Assembly: GCA_951406725.2 (NCBI GenBank)
Contig: OX597819.1
Location: forward strand, 107,942,001 to 108,006,000
Source: Octopus vulgaris
Taxonomy: Eukaryota
Length of the DNA: 64,000 nt
Direction of reading: 5' to 3'
Part shown: one piece after another, positions 36,408 to 49,403 of the stretch
Layout: each line of letters begins with the position of its first letter
Position numbering within the stretch: the stretch's first letter is position 1
Position numbers and translations under genes: made by a program
The notes under the pieces: generated by a model
Told to the model about the DNA's origin: nothing
Seen by the model: the letters and a program-made list of their open reading frames with translations, nothing else
The model's database searches: none

Positions 36408-39400
36408 TATCATCATCGTTTAACGTCCACTTTCCATGCTAGCATGGGTTGGACGGTTCAACTGGGGTCTGGGAAGCCCGAAGGCTGCACCAGGCCAGTC
36501 AGTGTTTCTACAGCTGGATGCCCTTCCTAACGCCAACCACTCCGAGAGTGTAGTGAGTGATTTTATGTGCCACCGACACAGGTGCCAGACGTGGCTGGCG
36601 AACGGCCATGATCGGATGGTGTTTGTTACGTGCCCACAGCACGGAGGTCAGACGATGCGGTACTGGCTACGGCCACGTTCGGATGATCTTCTTATGTGCC
36701 ACCGGCACTAATTTTACAAAGATACAAATTCCATTGATGGTCATCGATTTTGATTTGGTTTGATTTTTATTTTGATTTTCACTTGCCTCAACAGGTCTTC
36801 ACAAGTGTCCCAAGAAGGAAGGTATGCACAGGTGGACTGACTACGTCCCAGGGAGGGGCCATGGGTTATGGCCTCATGTGTCCTGCTGGGTCTTCTCGCA
36901 CACAGCATACTTCCAAAGGTCTCGGTCTCTGGTCATTTCCTCGGTAAGACCTAAAGCGCGAAGGTCGTTCTTCACCACCTCGTCCCAGGCTTTCCTGGGT
37001 CTACCTCTTCCACAGGTTCCCTCAACCTCTAGGGTGTAGCACTTTTTCACACAACTATCTTCATCCATTCTTACTACGTGTCCATACCAGCGTAGACGCA
37101 TCTCTTGCACACCACATCTGATGCTTCTTAGCTCCAACTTTTCTCTCAAGGCACTTACACTCTGTCGGGTATGAACACTGACATTACACATCCAACAGAG
37201 CATACTGGCTTCATTTCTTGCGAGCTTACGCATATCCTCAGCAGTCACGACCCATGTTTCACTGCCATGTAGCATGGCTGTTCGCACACATGCGTCATAC
37301 AGTCTGCCTTTTACTCTGAGTGAAAGGCCCTTTGTCACCAGCAGAGGTAAGAGCTCTCTGAACTTTGCCCAGGCTATTCTTACTCTAGCAGTTACACTTT
37401 TGGCACACCCACCCCCGCTACTGACTTGGTCACCTAGGTAACGGAAACTATCAACTATTTCAAGTTTTTCTCCCTGGAATGTGGCGGAAGATGGTCTCTG
37501 CGCATCTTCAGTCTTTATTGAACCAGAGCATCTGCCACATACAAAAACTATCTTCCTGGTTAGCCTTCCTTTGACATTGCTGCACCTCTTATGTGTTCAT
37601 AGCTTACACTTGGTGCATCTTATAGAGTTCCTACCTACGCCTTTTCTACAGATCGAGCAGGGCCATCTACCTGAAGGTGTTTGAGATTTGTCTACCTTCC
37701 TACTTATTAGGACTTTGGTTTTAGCTAGATTGACTCTAAGGCCCTTTGATTCTAATCCTTGCTTCCACACCTGAAACTTCTCCTCCAGTTCTGATAGTCA
37801 CTCAGCAATTAGAGCAAGGTCCTGCAGCTGTCTCACCAGAAATATCGCATCAGTGGTGCTTTTCCCTGGCACAAAACCAAACTGCATCTCGTCTAGGTTG
37901 ACTCTCTCTCTAATCAGTTGGGCAATGACCCTTTCTGTAACCTTCATTACTTGATCCAACAGCTTAATACCTCTGTAATTACTTGTATCTAGGGCGTCAC
38001 CTTTACCTTTGTAGCAGTTGACTATTATGCTACTACACCAGTCATTGGGTATGACTCCTTCGTGTATCACCTGGTTAACTATACGGGTGACTAGGCTATA
38101 GCCGACACTGCCAGATATTTTGAGCATCTCAGCAGTAATTCCTGACGGGCCTGGGGCTTTCCCTGTCTTCATGCTTCCAATTGCCTTAACTACCATGGAA
38201 CTGTCAACTCGGATAGCTGGTCCCTCTATTGGGTCGACATTCGGCAGACTCTCTTTATCCCATTCATTCTCTTTTTTGAGCAACCTTTCATAGTGGCATC
38301 TTCAAACCTCTCTCTTTGCATCCTCATTTAACGCAAGTGAACCATCATCCATGCAAACACATTTCTCTCCTACCACATCACGATTCTCTCTCACACACTG
38401 TCTTGCAACACGAAACAACTCAAGTCTTTGGTCCTCATGGCGCAGAACATTGGCAAATTTTTCTTATCTGCTTCCCCTCTAGCTAGATATACCTGTCTCC
38501 CAGCTTCTCTTTTCGCAGTCTGATACAATTCCCTACAACCGCCTTTCCTCCAGTCCTTCCAAGCCTGTCTCTTGTCTTTAATAGCCCTGTCTACAACAAT
38601 ATTCTACCACCACGTTACCCTGGGACGAGATGGGACTTTGCTCCATCCACAGATGTGGTCAGTAGCTCTCAGCAGATTGTCCCGTAGAAACCTCCAGTTG
38701 GCTTCCACATTATGTGATGTTATATCCCCTTCTATTTCATCGAAAGCTTCGAGTAGAACTTCTCTAAATCTCCGTCCATTTACAGGATCTTTAAGTTTCC
38801 AGACTCTTCTCCTCCGAGCTATTCTTCTTCTGGGCAGCCCTTTTTCCCTCTTTCTGGCAAGGATGTAGTCGATCTGGGTAGTGTGTCTGCCAGAACGGTA
38901 AGTGACAAGGTGAGAGGTGGGTTTCCTGAAGCTGGTATTGCAAATCATTAGGTCATTTGCATCGCCGAACTCCAGCAGCCCGGTTCCCTCCTCATTGCGA
39001 GAACCAAAACCGTAGCCCCCGACATGCATTCAAACATGTCCATTGAAGTCACCTGCCACAAATAGAAGGTCACTGTCATTTGTCAACGAGGTAGTTTGTA
39101 ATAGGGTGTCGTAGAATTGGTCTTTCTGTCCTTCCGGTAGCCCTGTTTGAGGGGCATATGCCAAGATGGTGGTAGCTGACCAATGGTGAGGCACTAATCT
39201 AACCTTAAGTACACTGTCACTTACTCTGACTATCTCGATTACTTTATCTACCCATTTCTCTGCAAGAAGTATACCCACGCCCCCAACCCCGTCAGTGTTC
39301 CCTGCCCAGAAAATCTTGTACCTGTGTTCCTTGCCTGTGAGGAGCCTAGCGGAACCTCCTCTCCACCTTACTTCTTGGATGCAGCACATCCACACGTCTC

Positions 39401-39561
39401 CGTTCAAGCAGCTCGACAATCTCACCAGACCTACCTTTCAATGTGCCAACATTGAGTGTACCAACACTGAGGGTGTGAGAGGAGTGGGCCTGTGGGACCC
39501 TGGGATGTGGGACAGAAGTGTCATGTACCTGAAAAGAAGACTTGCGATAGGCAAATTTCAT
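36408..39561 (-). mobile_element. RTE LINE, mirror copy of 18880-22038
   Basis: Essentially identical translations and the same deletions and stops. Confidence 0.93.
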
Positions 39562-39719
39562 AAATAAACACTAGACTACAACCTTCATACACTATAGTTT
39601 TTGCGCTATATGATCGAATAGCCCTACTATAGGGGTGTGGGAGTGTCTGCGGGAGGGGGAGAAACAGACTGAGGTACTAACTTCGTACTAACTTCAGGTT
39701 TTGGTGGAAGGGGTGGGAG

Positions 39720-42700
39720 GGCGGGGGTACCGCGAAACAGCAAATGCCGAAATCATTTTAGGGAATTTGGGGAGAAAAGGAAATACCCTGAAATAAATGA
39801 GGAATATAGAAAATGTATCGAAAAGGACAAATAGTAAGCTAGCGGCATCATGTTTACAATAGAGAGAGATAAAAAATAGAGAGAGGAAGAAGATAGAGAG
39901 ATAGATAATATACGGAGAAGATATTAGGGTTAGATCAACGCTTAAACGGTAATGAACTAAGGTTAGCGTCAAAATATATATCTTAGCTGCAAATTTCTGA
40001 GATCCGAGTTTATCATCCGAAGCAAAGCAGTGAGAATCGAGTAGAGGCAAGGACGGAGCAAACGCTGGTTTATATAGAGATTTGGGGGTTTCGGGTGGGG
40101 AAGATTTGGGGTGTTAGATCGGAGATGGGGAGGGAGAGAGAGAGAGAGAAAGAGAGAAAAGACGCCACGAGGGAGAATTCTCTATGGCAGGACGTGGTTC
40201 GAAATAAAAACTTAAAGAAACAAGAAATGCCGAAATCATTTCAGGGAATTTTGGGAGAAAGCAAATACCCTGAAATAAAAGGAATATAGAAAATGTATCG
40301 AAAATGACAGATAGGAAGCTAGCGGCATCATGTTTACAATAGAGGGAGATAAAAAATAGAGAGAGAGGAAGAAGGTAGAGAGATAGATAATATACGGAGA
40401 AGATATTAGTGTTAGATCAACGCTTAAATGGTAATGAACTAAGGTTAGCGTCAAAATATATATCTTAGCTGCAAATTTCTGAGATCCGAGTTTATCATCC
40501 GAAGCAAAGCAGTGAGAATCGAGTAGAGGCAAGGACAGAGCAAACACTGGTTTATATAGAGATTTGGGGGTCTCGGGTGGGGAAGATTTGGGGTGTTAGA
40601 TCAACGTTTAAACGGTAATGAACTAAGGCTAGCGTCAAAATATATATCTTAGCGGCACATTTCTGAGATCCGAGTTTATCATCCAAAGCAAAGCAGTGAG
40701 AATCGAGTAGAGGCAAGGACAGAGCAAACGCTGGTTTATATGGAAATTTGGGGGTTTCGGGTGGGGAAGATTTGGTGTGTTAGATCGGAGAGGGAGGGAG
40801 AGAGAGAGAGAGAAAGAGAGAGGAGACACCACGAGGGAGAATTCTCTATGGCAGGACGTTGTTCGAAATAAAAACTTAAAGAAACAAGAAATGCCGAAAT
40901 CATTTCAGGGAATTTTGGGAGAAAGAAAATACCCTGAAATAAATGAAGAATATAGAAAATGTATCGAAAAGGACAAATAGGAAGCTAGCGGCATCATGTT
41001 TACAATAGAGAGAGATAAAAAATAGAGAGAAGAAGAAGATAGAGAGATAGATAATATACGGAGAAGATATTAGGGTTAGATCAACGCTTAAACGGTAATG
41101 AACTAAGGTTAGCGTCAAAATGTATATCTTAGTTGCAAATTTCTGAGATCCGAGTTTATCATCCGAACTTGGATCTCAGAAATGTCCAATAGAGAGAGAT
41201 AAAAAATAGAGAGAGGAAGAAGATAGAGAGATCTGAGTTTCTCATCCGAAGCAAAGCAGTGAGAATCGAGTAGAGGCAAGGACAGAGCAAACGCTGGTTT
41301 ATATAGAGATTTGGGGGTTTCGGGTGGGGAAGATTTGGGGTGTTAGATCAACGTTTAAACGGTAATGAACTAAGGTTAGCGTCAAAATATATATCTTAGC
41401 TGCACATTTCTGAGATCCGAGTTTATCATCCGAAGCAAAGCAGTGAGAATCGAGTAGAGGCAAGGACAGAGCAAACGCTGGTTTATATAGAGATTAGTGG
41501 TTTGGGGGGGGGACGATCTGGTGTGTTAGATCGGAGATGGGGAGGGAGAGAGAGAAAGAGAGAGGACACGCCATAAAGTAGAATTCTCTATGGCAGGACG
41601 TGGTTCGAAATAAAAACTTAATGAAACAGGAAATGCCGGAAAAAAAAATCGAGAAAAGCTGAAAGCCGAAATCATTCTAGGGAATTTGGGAGAAAAGGAA
41701 ATACCCTGAAATAAATTAGGAATATAGAAAATGTATCGAAAAGGACAAATAGGAAGCTAGCAGCATCATGTTTACAATACAAAGAGATAAAAAATAGAGA
41801 GAGGAAGAAGATAGAGAGATAGATAATATACGGAGAAGATATTAGGGTTAGATCAACGCTTAAATTAGGAGGACAGAGCAAACGCTGGTTTATATAGAGA
41901 TTAGGTGTTTGGGGGTGGGACGATTTGGTGTGTTAGATCAGAGATGGGGAAGGAGAGAGAGGGAGAGAGAGTGAGAGAGAGAGAGAGAGAGGCGACGCCA
42001 CAAAGGAGTATTCTCTGTGGCAGGACGTGCTTCGAAATAAAAACTTAAAGAAACAGGAAATGCCGAAAAACAACGCGATACAAGCTGAAAGCCGAAATCA
42101 TTTAACAGAATTTTGGGAGAAAGGAAATACCCTGAAATAAATGAGGAATATAGAAAATGCATCGAAAAGGACAAATAGGAAGCTAGCGGCATCATGTTTA
42201 CAATAGAGAGAGATAAAAAATAGAGAGAGGAAGAAGATAGAGAGATAGATAATATAGGGAGAAGATATTAGGGTTAGATCAACGCTTAAATTAGGACAGA
42301 GCAAACGCTGGTCTATATAGAGATTAGGTGTTTGGTGGTGGGACGACTTGGTGTGTTAGATCGAAGACGGGGAGGGAGAGAGAGAAGAGGCAACGCCACG
42401 AAGTAGAATTCCCTATGGCAGGACGTGGTTCGAAATAAAAACTTAATGAAACAGGAAATGCCGAAAAAAAAAATCGAGAAAAGCTGAAAGCCGAAATCAT
42501 TCTGGGGAATTTAGGGAGAAAAGGAAATACCCTGAAATAAATGAGGAATATAGAAAATGTATCGAAAAGGACAAATAGGAAGCTAGCGGCATCATGTTTA
42601 CAATAGAGAGAGATAAAAAATAGAGACAGGAAGAAGATAGAGAAATTGATAATATACATTTTCTATATTCCTCATTTATTTCAGGGTATTTCCTTTCTCC

Positions 42701-45700
42701 CAAAATTCCCTAAATTGAATTCGGCTTTAACCTTGTCTCGGGTTTTTTTTTTTTTTGCGGCATTTCCTGTTTCTTTAAGTTTTTATTTCGAACCACGTCC
42801 TGCGATGGAGAATTCGCCCTCATGGCGTGTCCTCTCTCTTTCTCTCTCTCCCTCCCCATCTCCGATCTAACACACCAAATCTTCCCCCCCACCCAAACCA
42901 CTAATCTCCATATAACCCAGCATTTGCTCTGTCCTTGCCTCTACTCGATTCTCACTTCTTTGCTTCGGATGATAAACTCGGATCTCAGAAATGTGCAGCT
43001 AAGATATATATTTTGACGCTAACCTTAGTTCATTACCGTTTAAGCGTTGATCTAACCCTAATATCTTCTCCGTATATTATCTATCTCTCTATCTTCTTCC
43101 TCTCTCTATTTTTTATCTCTCTCTATTGTAAACATGATGCCGCTAGCTTCCTATTTGTCCTTTCTTAAAGAAACAAGAAATGCCGAAATCATTTCAGGGA
43201 ATTTTCGGAGAAAGAAAATATCCTGAAATAAATAGGGAATATAGAAAATGTATCGAAAAGGACAAATAGGAAGCTAGCGGCATCATGTTTACAATAGAGA
43301 GAGATAAAAAATAGAGAGAGGAAGAAGATAGAGAAATAGATAATATACGGAGAAGATATTAGGGTTAGATCAACGCTTAAACGGTAATGAACTAAGGTTA
43401 GCGTCAAAATATATATCTTAGCTGCACATTTCTGAGATCCGAGTTTATCATCCGAAGCAAAGCAGTGAGAATCGAGTGGAGGCAAGGACAGAGCAAACGC
43501 TGGTTTATATAGAGATTTGGGGGTTTCGGGTGGGGAAGATTTGGGGTGTTAGATCAACGTTTAAACGGTAATGAACTAAGGTTAGCGTCAAAATATATAT
43601 CTTAGCTGCACATTTCTGAGATCCGAGTTTATCATCCGAAGCAAAGCAGTGAGAATTGAGTAGAGGCAAGGACAGAGCAAACGCTGGTTTATATAGAGAT
43701 TAGGTGTTTGGGGGTGGGACGATTTGGTGTGTTAGATCGGAGATGGGGAGGGAGAGAGAGAAGAGAGAGGACACGCCATGAGGGAGAATTTTCTATGGCA
43801 GGACGTGGTTCGAAATAAAAACTTAATGAAACAGGAAATGCCGAAAAAAAAAACGAGAAAAGCTGAAAGCCGAAATCATTCTAGGGAATTTTGGGAGAAA
43901 ATGAAATACCCTGAAATAAATGAGGAATATAGAAAATGTATCGAAAAGGACAAATAGGAAGCTAGCGGCATCATGTTTACAATACAGAGAGATAAAAAAT
44001 AGAGAGAGGAAGAAGATAGAGAGATAGATAATATACGGAGAAGATATTAGTGTTAGATCAACGTTTAAACGGTAATGAACTAAGGTTAGCGTCAAAATAT
44101 ATATCTTAGCTGCACATTTCTGAGATCCGAGTTTATCATCCGAAGCAAAGCAGTGAGAATTGAGTAGAGGCAAGGACAGAGCAAACGCTGGTTTATATAG
44201 AGATTAGTGGTTTGGGGGGGGGACGATTTGGTGTGTTAGATCGGAGATGGGGAGGGAGAGAGAGAAAGTGAGAGGACACGCCATGAGGGCGAATTCTCTT
44301 TGGCAGGACGTGGTTTGAAATAATAACTTAAAGAAACAGGAAATGCCGAAAAAAAAAAAACGCGAGACAAGGTGAAAGCCGAATTCAATTTAGGGAATTT
44401 TGGGAGAAAGGAAATACCCTGAAATAAATGAGGAATATAGAAAATGTATCGAAAAGGACAAATAGGAAGCTAGTAGCATCATGTTTACGATACAGAGAGA
44501 TAAAAAATAGAGAGAGGAAGAAGATAGAGAGATAGATAATATACGGAGAAGATATTAGTGTTAGATCAACGCTTAAATTAGGACAGAGCAAACGCTGGTT
44601 TATATATAGATTAGGTGTTTGGGGGTGGGATGATTTGGTGTGTTAGATCGGAGATGGGGAGGGAGAGAGAGAGAGAGAAAGTGAGAGAGAGAGAGAGAGA
44701 GGCGATGCCACGAAGGAGAATTCTCTATGGCAGGACGTGGTTCGAAATAAAAACTTAATGAAACAGGAAATGCCGAAAAAAAAAAACGAGAAAAGCTGAA
44801 AGCCGAAATCATTCTAGGGAATTTTGGGAGAAAATGAAATACCCTGAAATAAATGAGGAATATAGAAAATGTATCGAAAAGGACAAATAGGAAGCTAGCG
44901 GAATCATGTTTCCAATACAGAGAGATAAAAAATAGAGAGAGGAAGATGATAGAGAAATAGATAATATCGGGAGAAGATATTAGGGTTAGATCAACGCTTA
45001 AACGGTAATGAACTAAGGTTAGCGTCAAAATACATATATCTTAGCTGCACATTTCTGAGATCCGAGTTTATCATCCGAAGCAAAGCAGTGAGAATCGAGT
45101 AGAGGCATGGACAGAGCAAACGCTGGTTTAAATAGAGATTAGGGGTTTGGAGGGGGGACGATTTGGTGTGTTAGATCGGAGATGGGGAGGGAGAGAGAGA
45201 AAGAGAGAGGACACGCCATGAGGGCGAATTCTCTATGGCAGGACGTGGTTCGAAATAAAAACTTAATGAAACAGGAAATGCCGAAAAAAAAAATCGAGAA
45301 AAGCTGAAAGCCGAAATCATTCTAGGGAATTTTGGGAGAAAAGGAAATACCCTGAAATAAATGAGGAATATAGAAAATGTATCGAAAAGGACAAATAGGA
45401 AGCTAGTAGCATCATGTTTACAATACAGAGAGATAAAAAATAGAGAGAGGAAGAAGATAGAGAGATAGATAATATACGGAGAAGATATTAGGGTTAGATC
45501 AACGCTTAAATTAGGAGGACAGAGGAAACGCTGGTTTATATAGAGATTAGGTGTTTGGGGGTGGGACGATTTGGTGTGTTAGGTCGGAGATGGGGAGGGA
45601 GAGAGAGAGAGGCGACGCCACGAAGGAGAATTCTCTATGGCAGGACGTGGTTCGAAATAAAAACTTAAAGAAACAGGAAATGCTGAAAAACAACGCGATA

Positions 45701-46425
45701 CAAGCTGAAAGCCGAAATCATTTTACAGAATTTTGGGAGAAAGGAAATACCCTGAAATAAATGAGGAATATAGAAAATGTATCGAAAAGGACAAATAGGA
45801 AGCTAGCGGCATCATGTTTACAATAGAGAGAGGAAGAAGATAGAGAGATAGATAATATAGGGAGAAGATATTAGGGTTAGATCAACGCTTAAATTAGGAC
45901 AGAGGAAACGCTGGTCTATATAGAGATTAGGTGTTTGGGGGTGGGACGATTTGGTGTGTTAGATCGAAGACGGGGAGGGAGAGAGAGAGAGAGAAAGTGA
46001 GAGAGAGAGAGAGAGGCAACGCCACGAAGTAGAATTCCCTATGGCAGGACGTGGTTCGAAATAAAAACTTAATGAAACAGGAAATGCCGAAAAAAAAAAT
46101 CGTGAAAAGCTGAAAGCCGAAATCATTCTAGGGAATTTTGGGAGAAAAGGAAATACCCTGAAATAAATGAGGAATATAGAAAATGTATCGAAAAGGACAA
46201 ATAGGAAGCTTGTAGCATCATGTTTACAATACAGAGAGATAAAAAATAGAGAGAGGAAGAAGATAGAGAGATAGATAATATACGGAAAAGATATTAGGGT
46301 TAGATCAACGCTTAAATTAGGAGGACAGAGGAAACGCTGGTTTATATAGAGATTAGGTGTTTGGGGGTGGGACGATTTGGTGTGTTAGATCGGAGATGGG
46401 GAGGGAGAGAGAGAGAGAGAGAGAA

Positions 46426-46461
<36 letters not shown>

Positions 46462-47160
46462 CGCCACGAGGGCGAATTCTCTATGGCAGGACGTGGTTCG
46501 AAATAAAAACTTAATGAAACAGGAAATGCCGAAAAAAAAAATCGAGAAAAGCTGAAAGCTGAAATCATTCTAGGGAATTTTGGGAGAAAGGAAATACCCT
46601 GAAATAAATGAGGAATATAGAAAATGTATCGAAAAGGACAAATAGGAAGCTAGTAGCATCATGTTTACAATACAGAGAGATAAAAAATAGAGAGAGAAAG
46701 ATGATAGAGAGATAGATAATATACGGAGAAGATATTAGGGTTAGATCAACGCTTAAACGGTAATGAACTAAGGTTAGCGTCAAAATATATATCTAAGCTG
46801 CACATTTCTGAGATCTGAGTTTATCATCCGAAGCAAAGCAGTGAGAATCGAGTAGAGGCAAGGACAGAGCAAATGCTGGTTTATATAGAGATCAGGAGGA
46901 CAGAGCAAACGCTGGTTTATATAGAGATTAGGGGTTTTGGGGGGGACGATTTGGTGTGTTAGATCGGAGATGGGGAGGGAGAGAGAGAGAAAGAGAGAGG
47001 AGACGCCACGAGGGAGAATTCTCTACGGCAGGACGTGGTTCAAATAAAAACTTAATGAAACAGGAAATGCCGAAAAAAAAAACGCGAGAGAAGCTGAAAG
47101 CCGAAATCATTTTAGGGAATTTTGGGAGAAAAGGAAATACCCTGAAATAAATGAGGAATG
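39720..47160 (-). repeat. Modular satellite, right block (reverse orientation; forward island at ~42653-43165)
   Basis: Reverse complement of the units in 12010-18720. Confidence 0.92.
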
Positions 47161-47204
47161 TATATATATATATACACATATTTATATATATGTGTATATA
47201 TATA

Positions 47205-47872
47205 TCATCATCATCATCATCATCGTTTAACGTTCGTTCTCCATGCTAGCATGGATTGGACGATTTAACCGGGGATCTGGGAAGCCAGAAGGCTGCACCA
47301 GGCTCCAGTCTGATGTGGCAGTGTTTCTACAGCTGGATGCCCTTCCTAACGCCAACCATTCCGTGAGCGTAGTGGATGCTTTTTACGTGCCACCTGCACA
47401 AGTGCCAGGCAAGGCTGGCAACGGCCACGGTCGGATTGGTGCATTTTACGTGCCACTGGCACAGAAGCCAGTCAAGGCGGCACTGGCATCGGCCACGATT
47501 CGGATGGTGCTTTTTACGTACCACCAGTCCAGGGGTCCTGGCAACTGCCGGGTGCCAATCATAGGATTGGTTCAATTTCGATTCCGATTTCGATTTCACT
47601 TGCTCCAACAGGTCTTCGTAAGCAGAGAAGTGGGGTTGGCATAGGTGCCTGTTGTCGGATGAGGTTCGATTTCCACTTCGCTTGCCTCAACAGGTCTTTG
47701 TGTGTCCAAGGGAGGAAAGACATGCATAAGTGGGCTGGACTCACTTGTCCTGCCTGGTCTTCTCACGCACAGCATATTTCCAAAGGTCTCGGTCGCTGGT
47801 CATTGCCTCGGTGAGGCCTAAAGTTCGAAGGTCGTGCTTCACCAACTCGTCCCAAGTTTTCCTGGGTCTACC
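47205..47872 (-). mobile_element. RTE LINE 3' fragment with (GAT)n tail
   Basis: (CAT)n at 47205-47224, then the UTR modules, then GGTCGTGCTTCACC..CCTGGGTCTACCTC (GRPRKTWDE on the minus strand). Confidence 0.85.
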
Positions 47873-47874
47873 TC

Positions 47875-48220
47875 AGGTTGACATTAAGAAGGGCATCAAG
47901 TCATAGAAACCATGCCAAGACAGGGATTGGAGCTCACTACATTCCTCCGGCTCATTAGATCTTGTTAAACCATCCGGCCCATGGAAGATGGATGTTAAAT
48001 GATGACAATGGTGATGACAGCATACATGTATGTAGACATATACGTTGAGCTTTAGAAGAGGACTGATCAAATCGAGCAGGGTCGCAGTCATGGCTGATAT
48101 CAGTGTCACACAAATGGCACATAAAAAGCATCCATTGCACTCTCGGAGTGGTTGGCATAGGGAGGGACATCCAACTGAGGAAGGCTATGCCAAATCAGAC
48201 TGGATCCTGGCACAGTTATA

Positions 48221-48257
<37 letters not shown>

Positions 48258-48668
48258 CTGTGTGTGTGTGTGTTGGACCTCATGGAGGTAAGGTGGCTGA
48301 GTTCCTTTCGAGTGTTTGGCCCCTTGGAGGCAAAGAGGTCAAGTTCCTTTTGAGTGTTGGGCCTCACGGAGGCAATGACTGAGACCTGTGGCATTATGTT
48401 GTGCTTGAAAAGAAGACACATCAAACTGAGTAAAATCACAGTCGTGGCAGATACCAGTGTCAGGCAAATGGCACCTGTGTCGTTGGTATGTAAAAGTACC
48501 CATTATACTCTCAGAGTTGTTGGCATTAGGAAGGGCATCCAGCTGATGAAAACCATGTGAAATCAGACTGGAACCTGGTGCAGTCTTCCAGTTTACCAGC
48601 CCCGTCAAACCATCCAACTCACACCAGCATGGACAATGGACATTAAATGATGATGATAATGATGATGT
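47875..48668 (+). repeat. Cluster of decayed RTE-tail/SINE fragments
   Basis: Three AAGGGCATC(C)AG-type motifs (~47889, ~48162, ~48531) and GATGAT tails at ~48000 and ~48650. Confidence 0.65.
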
Positions 48669-49134
48669 TGTTTTCAATTTCAATGATGTTGTTGGAATTT
48701 CTCATGAATCTTTGACAGATTCAGCAAGCAGAAGTTTCCATGAGCAGTTGGTCTTAAATTCCTCAGCCAAGAAGTATAACAAACAGGTAGTGCTAAGAAC
48801 CAAACCTTGATGAATAGCTACCTGCACACTGAAGTCATTACTAATTCCTTCCTAGCTAATGACATTTTTGTATCAGGCTTGCAGATCCCTTACAAGCCAT
48901 GTACATATGTTTTCTTAGCAATCACCAGGCTACAGCTGGTGGTATTCTTCTGCAGACTGACAAATGCTAGGTATAGTGGATTACTCTTAGCTATGAACTT
49001 ATTTTGCAATTGTTATGCTTGGAAGAAGACATTGATGATACTTTTGATTTTGCACAAACCTGAATTACATCTCATCTAAGTGATTTTCTCTCAAGTAAGT
49101 TGTGCTGTAACTCTACCCCTTTCTTAAACTAGTC

Positions 49135-49403
49135 CAGTGGTTCCCAAACTTTTTCCAGGCTGGGTGTCCACTTAGCTCCCAGGCTACATTCCTAGCACCC
49201 CCTCCCATTCACCACCACAAACACAGCCCACTTTCTGAAGCAAATTCAAAACAACCATATTTTACAAATAAAACTTAACCTAATTAACCCATTATTTTCT
49301 TTTTTTTTATATTCATTGCCCCCTTTCGGCTACCTCGTTATCATCCCAATTTTCTTCAATGCGCTCCCACTGGATCTTTAACCACCCACTTTGGGAACCA
49401 CTG
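49135..49403. mobile_element. hAT/Charlie-type MITE
   Basis: Perfect 14-bp TIR CAGTGGTTCCCAAA / TTTGGGAACCACTG. An 8-bp TSD is not conserved. Confidence 0.75.

Larger units (their letters stand above)
14180..43700. repeat. Giant inverted duplication (arms ~14180-27368 and 31027-~43700)
   Basis: Mirror ORF pairs with near-constant coordinate sums: 27041+31354=58395, 24615+33781=58396, 21104+37338=58442, 18392+40050=58442. The sum drops to 57881 (14396+43485) after loss of ~550 bp in the right arm. Confidence 0.95.

Noticed and set aside
12010-47160. CRISPR-like array
   Set aside because: The context is eukaryotic, the units are hundreds of bp with no unique spacers, and there are no cas genes.
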